Origin: Paramoeba atlantica
Lineage: Eukaryota; Protista; Discosea
Assembly: GCA_977017575.1 (NCBI GenBank)
Contig: CDRNVI010000080.1
Coordinates: 62,725-126,724 of the forward strand
Length of the DNA: 64,000 bases
Direction of reading: 5' to 3'
Shown: piece by piece, positions 55,561 to 64,000 of the stretch
Position numbering within the stretch: position 1 is the first letter of the stretch
Layout of the letters: the number at the start of each line of letters is the position of its first letter
The notes under the pieces: model-generated
The model's input: the letters and a program-made list of their open reading frames with translations, nothing else
Databases searched by the model: none
What the model was told of the DNA's origin: nothing
Position numbers and translations under genes: made by a program

Positions 55561-56436
55561 GAATGCGGAAAATGTTCCTCTGTAATCCGTTGAGGCAAAG
55601 GAGAATTCGCTTTTTAAGAAACATTTCGTAAAAACAGTAGTTAAAGGAATACGTAAAGGATAAATTAAAGATTAGGTTCCTAATTTTGTCTTGATAGGTT
55701 AAAAAACACGCACGACTCTGCACCTTCATCAACGCTACACCTCCTCCCTGACTGATCTCCCCCCCCCCCCTGACTTTTCCCTCTTTTTCGGTTTTTGACG
55801 TTAAGTCAAAGGGTTGAATTTCCTCTCTTTGACGTATACCCCATTTTCAGTTTTATGCATAAAAAACGTAAAGTTAGTCACTACTCAGTAAAGTTGGCAC
55901 TTACTAAAAAACTTAATATAACATGTCCTTCCTTTAAGTGCAATCGCAAAAATCATGAATGTCTTCAAAAATTATTAGTAGCACGTCGTTGTCGTTCACC
56001 TTTCTGTTGCAATTCCAACTTTATGTTGCACTTCTCGGCTAAAGAGCATACCAGTTGAGATTTCTTCTCCACCTTTCCCCCCAGAACACTCCTCTCGCGC
56101 TTTTATGCTTTCACCCATTCCCGTCGGTGAACCACATTTTCCTGACCTTCCACCTATCTTCATCCTTCACTTTCATGACCTTCCATCTATGAAATAATGG
56201 ATTTTTGCTACACCCCACCGAACTCAATACATAAATCAATACACTTGAACTGTAACCTCTTCTGCCGGCGGAAGTGCCAACAAAACTTATTATTAATAAG
56301 TTTTGTTAGTATAAATATGGCAGCGTTATAAATTCTGGCAAATTTATAATTATTTATGAAAGGGACAATATAAATTTCAAAACTGAGGTTCAGCACTCAT
56401 TCGCAAATATTAAAATAGTTGAGCACATTTCAAATA

Positions 56437-56525
56437 CTGTGACCCCCTTTAACGTAGAATAATGCGTTTTGTCTATATGATAGGGGGGTTGGGGGGGGGG
56501 GGTGTATATTAAAGGGGGGTTACAG
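56437..56525. mobile_element. Small TA-flanked MITE-like element
   Basis: TA|ctgtgaccccctttaa ... ttaaaggggggttacag|TA. Confidence 0.55.
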
Positions 56526-56654
56526 TACTGTACTTAGTGCTGATCTTCTCCACTTTACACTTTCGCACGTCGTATTCCTTTTTTCGCCCTATAGCGTTTC
56601 ACTCGAGCTCGGGAAATCGAATGACCCTGCCCGATAGGCCCTTTGCAGGGCTTT

Positions 56655-56990
56655 TCACTTGGTCACTTTCCACTTGACTTTTTTTGGTGTGCACCCCCCT
56701 AGGCCCACCGGAAGCCTACCCCCTAACACCGCGACGGTACCATCTTGTACCGCCGCTTGAATAATCTGGGAATTGCCCTTCTGGATGGCCACCCCTATTG
56801 CCATCAACATATGCGAAAGGCACCCGTTTTTATCCGAAGCGTGGGCCCTCGCCACCTTCTGGAGAAAGTCCAGGGTCTGAGGGCCTGGAATTCCATACGT
56901 TGTGAACGCTAGGGGGTAGAATTCCATCCCTCTCACTTGCGCCATCTCGTGGGCGCGACAAACCGCTGTTTCGCGGTGTTTCGCAGTGTT
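56655..56990 (-). pseudogene. C-terminal fragment of a CRE-like non-LTR ORF (end of the restriction-like endonuclease region)
   Basis: GMEFYPLAFTTYG..LDFLQKVA..IGVAIQKGNSQII resembles the FxPxxxETxG..LQRGN tail of CRE-type elements. Confidence 0.6.
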
Positions 56991-57561
56991 TCGCGCTGTT
57001 TCGGAATAATAACCTGCAGCCCCTCAACTGTAGCACCTTATTCGAAATGAATTGAAACCCCCGCACGGAATCCGTGACGACCTAAATGCTATGCGGTCCC
57101 GAGAGTCAAGGACGCTGAGGAACGTTTGATCGGGCTAAGTCTCTACTTCGTTGACGGGTCAACCAATTGACTGCCACTTCGTTTACAGTAAATTCGACTG
57201 TCAACGAATTCGCCTAAATTGGGGCTGTTTCACCCAAAAAAGTAGATTATTCATGATTTTTTGGCAATTTTTTCTTTTTTGTTCGCTTCTTTACACGCGG
57301 AGGTAGTTTTCAATGCGAAGTGGTGCCTTCTAAGTTGAAAACAACTACCGCGTTTAACGAAGCTACTAGAAAAGTAATATACCCTCCCCGGGTTATGATT
57401 TCAATACAATTTATCAAATTTATTCAAGAGTATTATTTAGGTTTTCCTATAGTTTAGGTTCACCTACATTTAATTAAATTTACACGTTTTTTTTTCTTTT
57501 TTACTACTTTACACGTTTAGTTTTTGTTACTGGTCAATTTAAAGCGTTTAATTTTGGCAGA

Positions 57562-58389
57562 ATGGGGTGCATTACACTAACTAACAACAGTGATCTGACT
57601 GCTAGCTCTCGTCTGGGGAAAGTTAGAGGGGCCATGCTTTCTCCCGACATGCAAATGGATAAATTTATCTCACATGTTTGCTCCACCGAGCAGTCTGCTG
57701 TCTTCAAACAAGCTTCCGCGTGCTCGTGGTCGGGCGTTACTTGCGACTACCAGTCCCAAGTTAAGTCGATCAAATGGGGTAGTCTGAATTTGATTGGAAA
57801 TCTTACATGGGAGTTTTTACCTTCTACAGTCACATGGCTTAACGTAGGTCACAATAGTCTCACAGGTGTTGTTCCAACGGCACTCCTGCCTGCAAAAATG
57901 TCCTACTTAAGCCTTGAGTATAATGCTTTTCATGGAAATTTCGATGCTACATGTCTACCCGTAGCGCTAGAAATGCTCTGGTCGGCAAGTAATCTTTTTT
58001 CCGGGTTACTTGACCTCACAGCACTGCCGCCCATAGTGCATACGATCTCTTTAATGGAAAATAAGCTTGAAGGCAAACTCGATTTAACCCGTCTTCCCTC
58101 ATCTTTGGTAGAACTCTTTCTGTATCGTAATCGATTTACGGGCGAGGTGGATCTGACGCACCTTCCGGCTCGGTTAAAAACATTATATCTGTCCCAGAAT
58201 TCTTTGAGTGGAGCACTAATTCTAGAGAATCTTCCAAAATATCTTCAGAAAATTTATATTGGTTCAAATAGTTTCGTTGAAGTATACCTCAAGGATTTGC
58301 CTCCTTCTCTCACGACGTTGAATATTTCGAACAACAGCGAACCTTTGAAGATAAAAGATACACCTGTTTTCGTCCGCGTCGTACTTTGA
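57562..58389 (+). CDS. Leucine-rich repeat protein, paralog 4
   Basis: ACSWSGVTC N-cap; LDLTRLPSSLVELFLYRNRFTG-type repeats. Confidence 0.87.
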   Translation: MGCITLTNNSDLTASSRLGKVRGAMLSPDMQMDKFISHVCSTEQSAVFKQASACSWSGVTCDYQSQVKSIKWGSLNLIGNLTWEFLPSTVTWLNVGHNSLTGVVPTALLPAKMSYLSLEYNAFHGNFDATCLPVALEMLWSASNLFSGLLDLTALPPIVHTISLMENKLEGKLDLTRLPSSLVELFLYRNRFTGEVDLTHLPARLKTLYLSQNSLSGALILENLPKYLQKIYIGSNSFVEVYLKDLPPSLTTLNISNNSEPLKIKDTPVFVRVVL

Positions 58390-58698
58390 AAGGCCTAACC
58401 TTAAAATGTCTAGAAAATAAAAATGCTCTTGATTCATTATTGGGTAAAATGATCTACTACTCTTAATTATTGTGCAAATTTTGAAAAGTTATTTTTACAA
58501 GTTTTGCAGCACTCTTTTCGTAAAACAATAGATCTTGCGTAAAATATCGAAACGCTTATTTTTTGACAATTTTTAATAAAGTTCCAGATCAGATTCTTTA
58601 TTGTCACATTATATCATTGCGAAATGGTGTAAAATACGAAGAGCTTTGCGCTGTAGAAACCTTTTGTACCTCTATACAGAGGTGCAACTAATGAATTA

Positions 58699-60021
58699 AT
58701 GGATCCTGCCTTACAAACCCTGCGTACGCTTTGCAGTCTCCGGAACTTGAAGTCTTCATTTACACTAAATTTAGTCTTGTTCCTCTATCAGACCTTGGAT
58801 ACCTACTCTGCAATACAGAACATAATCAACGTTCTTCCGGAGTTTGTCTCCGTAAAAATATTTAACAACTTGTCCGAACTTCTTCAACACATGTCTCTGT
58901 CCACTTCTCTTGATAACTCAATATTGCAAGAATGCAGTACTGAGGGGCCAACACGTGAGATTCTTATCTTGCAAGATGCGGAATTTTGGTTACCATTTCA
59001 TCCCTACGATACAGCACAAGCGGAACGTATTCATGAAACAGTGAAGATGCTTGACAAATCTTGTTGCACACATAAAGAGTTTACTCAACTCATACTTTTG
59101 CTCACCAAATTCCCGGAAAAACTTAGCTTACACATACGAAATCGCATTTTTTTAGATGTCACAGACAGCGATACACAAGACCATCGTGTCTCATCGCCTA
59201 CCCGAACTGCTGATTTCTGGGATAAGGTAGTTGGACTTTCCCGAGCGAAGGTCGCGCTCGAGCAAGCAGTGTTGTGGCCTCTGTTACACCGAGAGGCGCT
59301 TACTCGTTTTCGTCTTAACTACGCCGGAGGGGTTTTACTCTACGGCCCCCCTGGCTGCGGAAAGACTTCTCTGGTTCGTGCTTTGGTGCGGCACGCTGGG
59401 GTTTCCTTTCAGCATGTGGATAGCGCAAGCATTTTCTCCAAGTACGTCGGTTCCTCTGAGGAGTATCTCCGGAGAGTGTTTAGTGACGCCCGACGACGTA
59501 CCCCATGTGTGGTTTTTTTTGATGAGGTCGATGCGATTGCGAGCGCACGTACCTCACGAACATCATCGGAACATCGAAGTCACGATGTGGTTGCCTCCAT
59601 ACTTTCTACTTTATTGACTGAAATGGACGGCGTTGAACAAAATAACTCGGGTGTGATTTTTATAGGAGCCACCAATAAGGCGCTGGATGAACTAGATCCC
59701 GCGATTACGCGCCCCGGCCGTTTCGATAAGAAAATTTTTATTCCTCTTCCCGACGTAAAAGACCGAAAGGAAATTATTTCTCGATACATGAAAAGAATTT
59801 CGCTAGGGTTGTCGTCACAAAACAACGGCATGTCGAAAGATGATATTTACAACAGTTTGATATCTTCTCTGGTGGAGAATACGAACGCAAAGTCTGCGGC
59901 AGAGGTGGAAGGAATCATGCTGAAAGGATACTGGGCTGGATTAAAACGACTCACAAACGAATCTGGCCTGATATCTGAAAATGAGGAGCTTCTTCTTTAT
60001 GCAGATGACTTTGGATTGTGA
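58699..60021 (+). CDS. AAA+ ATPase of the CDC48/AFG2/PEX-like group with a single intact AAA domain
   Basis: Walker A GPPGCGKT, pore loop SKYVG, Walker B FFDEVD, SRH DPAITRPGRFD. Confidence 0.88.
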   Translation: MDPALQTLRTLCSLRNLKSSFTLNLVLFLYQTLDTYSAIQNIINVLPEFVSVKIFNNLSELLQHMSLSTSLDNSILQECSTEGPTREILILQDAEFWLPFHPYDTAQAERIHETVKMLDKSCCTHKEFTQLILLLTKFPEKLSLHIRNRIFLDVTDSDTQDHRVSSPTRTADFWDKVVGLSRAKVALEQAVLWPLLHREALTRFRLNYAGGVLLYGPPGCGKTSLVRALVRHAGVSFQHVDSASIFSKYVGSSEEYLRRVFSDARRRTPCVVFFDEVDAIASARTSRTSSEHRSHDVVASILSTLLTEMDGVEQNNSGVIFIGATNKALDELDPAITRPGRFDKKIFIPLPDVKDRKEIISRYMKRISLGLSSQNNGMSKDDIYNSLISSLVENTNAKSAAEVEGIMLKGYWAGLKRLTNESGLISENEELLLYADDFGL

Positions 60022-60204
60022 AGGCAATGTATCTTCGTATCATCTTTTATAGGTTTAAATTTTCACTACACTTTCTCACTATACCAGACTCGGTGTGAGC
60101 CCCCGAGAACGGCAAAGAAAAGCTTGTAAAAATCTATTCAACGAATGTTGATCTTTATCCATTACTGGACCAAACCACTACACCTTTTATTTACTGATTT
60201 TTAG

Positions 60205-61128
60205 ATGGCCGATCACGCTCTCCTCGAGCATCATCTGCAAACGCTTTTTCAGTGCCGTACCATAAAAGAGCGAGAAGTGAAGCAATTATGTGAGTGGGCA
60301 AAGGATTTGTTAAGCTCCGAATCAAACGTACACTGCATGCCGGCGCCATGTACTCTTGTCGGTGATATTCACGGACAGTTTTATGATCTTGTGGAACTCT
60401 TCCGTATTGGAGGCGATGTGCCGGACACGAACTATATCTTTATGGGTGACTTTGTCGATCGTGGCTATCACAGCGTTGAGTCTTTTTTGCTTCTCCTTAC
60501 ACTGAAAGTGCGCTTTCCGCAACGTGTATGTTTGGTTCGGGGAAACCATGAGAGCCGTCAAATCACTCAAGTCTATGGATTCTACGACGAATGTTTGAGA
60601 AAATATGGTAACGTCAATGTTTGGCGGTACTGCACCGAGGTATTTGACCATTTGCCGTTGGCAGCACTGGTTGCGGAACGTATTCTCTGTGTCCATGCAG
60701 GGTTGTCTCCTTCTATAAATACTCTAGAAGATTTACGCAAGTTAGACCGCAAAATGGAGATCCCGCATGAGGGCCCTATGTGTGATCTAATGTGGAGTGA
60801 TCCGGAAGATATTGAAGGATGGGGGCTGAGCCCTCGAGGTGCAGGATATCTCTTTGGGGCGGACGTTGTTCAGCAGTTTAACGCTACTAATGGACTGGAA
60901 CTAATTGCTCGCTCCCACCAGCTCGTAATGGAAGGATACAAGGCCATGTTTGATGATACTTTGGTCACGGTATGGAGTGCGCCGAATTATTGTTATCGGT
61001 GCGGCAATGTTGCTTCCATTTTGGAGTTGGACGAACACGCAAATAAAAATTTTAAGATATTCGAAGCTGCTCCTGACGAAACGAGAGAGCATCATACGAA
61101 AAGCATAGTCACAGACTACTTCATATAA
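60205..61128 (+). CDS. PPP4C: Serine/threonine protein phosphatase 4 catalytic subunit
   Basis: GDIHG, GDFVDRG, GNHE. PP4-type segments [19 protein letters not shown] and FEAAP..DYF. Confidence 0.85.
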   Translation: MADHALLEHHLQTLFQCRTIKEREVKQLCEWAKDLLSSESNVHCMPAPCTLVGDIHGQFYDLVELFRIGGDVPDTNYIFMGDFVDRGYHSVESFLLLLTLKVRFPQRVCLVRGNHESRQITQVYGFYDECLRKYGNVNVWRYCTEVFDHLPLAALVAERILCVHAGLSPSINTLEDLRKLDRKMEIPHEGPMCDLMWSDPEDIEGWGLSPRGAGYLFGADVVQQFNATNGLELIARSHQLVMEGYKAMFDDTLVTVWSAPNYCYRCGNVASILELDEHANKNFKIFEAAPDETREHHTKSIVTDYFI

Positions 61129-61522
61129 ATCCAATGGTTTTGCTCTCCAAACATGTATCAACGGGATATACTGTATCAGGGATGAATGCTACTGACCTGT
61201 TCTATAATACACCAGTACTGCAATTCAGTGAAAAATATTTTTTTCGAATATTGCTGCTAAAAATTCTATCATTCTCGTGCAGAATGTAAATATTAGAATG
61301 TAAATATCTACAACACGTTTTTATAGGTATGCTCTAGCTTCCTGTGCCATTCTTGCGGTTTTCCTTGCGGGTATACAGTACACACAGTACCCCATGTTAT
61401 ACAGTAATGGCTAAAAACAGAAAATTACATCTCACAAAAAGGTGACCCACAATCTCCTCCTTGGAGACTTGAACATTACTCCCTCCAAATCATGGCTTCC
61501 GGTATCTGATCACTGACAACCC

Positions 61523-62652
61523 TTGGAATCTCTTCTCGAGGACACCTTTCGTACCAACGGGGTTTCCACTATGGCACAGGTCGCCAAAACACGTGCGAAC
61601 GCCGGAGACCCCTTCGCTCAGTTCGTTGTGGGCGCGCTGCACTCCACCGGATGGGGAGTTTTTTCAACCCCCAGAACTGTATCTTTCTCTCACCAAAGAG
61701 CCTCCTCCTTACCATTGTTTTTCATACAGGCAAAGGCCTGCAGAGAGAGATACCTGCCGTGTGACGACCGTTATCAACGGCCATTAGCGCTTTGATTTTC
61801 AACGATACAAATCGTGCGGTAAGCAAAAAAAACGCGACCCTTTGGATAGTTTTTTTCATGTTCGACAACCCCAGTGATCTGGGGTTTATAACATTTTTTA
61901 AAGTTATAACTGGTAATTTGAATATAATCTCGATTGCAAGATTATATGCAAATCGTTTTTTGTTGCGACATTATATTCAAATACGATTTGAATATAATGT
62001 CGCCCCCCGGGTTACACACACCCTTAACCTTACCTCTTCCCCCGTGTCTTCCTCTCCCACACAACCACAACCCCTACAGCAGACCAGCATCTCCCAACAA
62101 CGCACGCACCCCCTTAACCTCACCTCTTCCCCTTCTTCTCCACTTCGCCCTCTCCACGGCCTCCGGTGACATCCGCGGCCTCCTCGCCCACCGCCATGCC
62201 ACCGGCCTCGGCGTCACCCGCAGCTGTGGCCGGGCCGCCGCGCTGTATCGGCAAGCCGCCGCCCCCCTCCCCCACGCCTACACACCTACGTGGTCCCACG
62301 CAGCGCAGGGGGTGACGCTGTTGCACGGGGAGACAAGGGTGCAGGAGGCACAGAAGGTGGTGGGCAGGGAAATGGGGGAGGCGCTACAGTTTCATGTACA
62401 GGCGGCTTCAACGGCTACTGCGGCATCGAATGAGGCCTTAGGAGGGGAAGGTAACAAGGGAAACGGTCCCGCGCTGCGGTCGTTGGGGTACGCCTACATG
62501 TTGCCGTTGGATTATGAGGGCTGGAGCAGCATGGGGTGGCCGCGGTGGGGTATTTGAAGCAGGCGGTAGAGAAGGGTTCGGGGCATTGGGAAAAATCTAT
62601 GCGAGAGGGAGTGTGGCCGTGGAGCGAAATTTTACAGCCGCATGGGGGTATA
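61523..62652 (+). pseudogene. Disrupted Sel1-repeat (SEL1L/HRD3-like) gene
   Basis: Fragments GDPFAQFVVGALHSTGWGV, ATGLGVTRSCGRAAALYRQAA, YLKQAVEKG and ALGKIYARG lie in different frames. There is a ~390-bp intervening segment and a hairpin element at the 3' end. Confidence 0.55.
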
Positions 62653-63659
62653 TTTTAGGCTCTTCGTTAAACGCGGTGGTTTTCAACTTAGAAGTCACTT
62701 ATGCTGCGCGCTTCGCGTTGAAAACTACCACCGCGTATAACGAAGAGCCTAAAAAAGTAAAATCGTCAAAAGATCGTGAATAATATTTTTTTATCCCGGA
62801 TTTAGGCCGTTTTGATGCCTTACGAGTATGGGTAGGAGGCGAATCTGCCGAAAAAAACGTCGTAGAATGGTAGCTGAGGTCCCAAACTCTTAAAATACTA
62901 TCCCCCCCTATCCTAGCGTTGTCCCGGTACCCCCCCTTATTGCGGTGGTTGTATAATTACCGCTCTACCCTCGATTGTTGAAAAAAAAAGTGAACAAAAA
63001 CAGTGAAAATATAAAGAGAAAAACAGTAATAAATAGAAGAAAAATTATAATAGAAGAAAAAAATATAAAAGGGGGCTCCTGTGGTCCAAAACTGAAAAAC
63101 AAAATTGAAAAAAATGGGGGGTCCAGGGGGAGCATACGTCGCGAATTTTTTTTTTAGAATTTTCTGCTTTTCAAAATCGAGCTCCGGGAAGTGGTAGAGT
63201 AGGCCGCGGCGATAATTTTCCACCCCACCTAGGGGTACCCCCCCCCTGGTACGCGCAGGACGGGTCCGATAAGACCAAAATTTCCGAATTTTTTGGGGTG
63301 ACCAAAAATGTTTTTTTTGACCCAAAAAAAGGTAAAATATTATTTTTCCAAAATCGACTCCTAAAAACGTATTTTAAGAGCTTGGGGCCCCAGCTACCAT
63401 TCCACGACGTTTTTTCGACCGATTCGCCTCTTAGCCCTACTGGCAAGGCATCCAAAACGGCCCAAATTCGGGTTAAAAATTCGCATTTTTTGCCGAAAAA
63501 TCGAGGTTTTTCCCCCGGAAAAATAGATTATGCATGATCTTTTCGCGATTTTTCTTTCTTAGGCTCTTCGTTAAACGCGGTGGTAGTTTTCAACGCGAAT
63601 CGCGCAGCATGAGTGACTTCTAAGCTGAAAACAACCACCGCGTTTAACGAGAGCCTAAG
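62653..63659. mobile_element. 1.0-kb element bounded by two inverted ~100-bp hairpins (same family as 52185-54715)
   Basis: Hairpins at 62653-62756 and 63558-63659 have their loops in opposite orientation; about 150 bp of further inverted similarity inside. Confidence 0.72.
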
Positions 63660-64000
63660 AAATTAGCGTTGCTTTTGAACAGTCCGTCCTGCGAAGCGGC
63701 AATTATTTTTCTTTTATTTTTTTTCATTCATTTTCTTGTGGTCATATTCTCCCAAAATATGAAATTATTATCTTCGAAATAATTTCATTTTGAGTCGCTT
63801 CGTTAACTCAAGTGCACAGAACATAATTTTATGAAGTCTTCCTTTTACGAACGCTTGCTTGTGTGATGGAACATAATTTTCTAATGAAATTATCAAAATA
63901 TAATTTGATTACATCATTTTTTAATCCTTTTAATTAGACATGGCCCGGCTAAAGTCAATTAGACCAGTCTCTTGTCCACAACACTTGATCGCAATTCACA

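Noticed and set aside
49188-62652. Apparent ERAD cluster (EDEM-like, AAA ATPase, SEL1L-like)
   Set aside because: The genes are interspersed with unrelated ones, the AAA protein is not clearly p97, and functional clustering is not expected in such polycistronic units.

Overview
Eukaryotic genomic DNA, most likely from a kinetoplastid or other euglenozoan. This is an inference from a spliced-leader-like exon at 17401-17438, a Tc38-like protein, VIPER/TATE-like and CRE-like retroelements, and intronless host genes all on the + strand. (1) 1-6.4 kb is a 177-bp satellite array. (2) 6.4-22.2 kb is a C-rich repeat holding a nest of co-oriented retroelements: a 5'-truncated RTE-like LINE with a ~290-bp flanking duplication, and a tyrosine-recombinase (YR) retrotransposon A (gag-YR-RT/RNaseH) split in frame by a second YR retrotransposon B. 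B has intact split direct repeats (A1...B1-A2-B2) and carries a composite insert: A-tailed cassette, then an SL-headed CRE-like element truncated in its RT, then a second A-tailed cassette. (3) 23-64 kb is a unidirectional gene cluster: 4 LRR paralogs, eS31 without ubiquitin, a PPR protein, SRP receptor alpha, RPA3-like, an SDR, a Tc38-like protein, a pRiA4b-ORF3-like protein, a GH47 mannosidase, an AAA ATPase, PP4c and a disrupted Sel1-repeat gene. It is interspersed with TA-flanked MITEs, a tRNA-like SINE candidate, kb-scale direct and inverted duplications, and a family of ~100-bp hairpin-capped repeats. All family assignments come from motif recognition by eye; no database searches were run.
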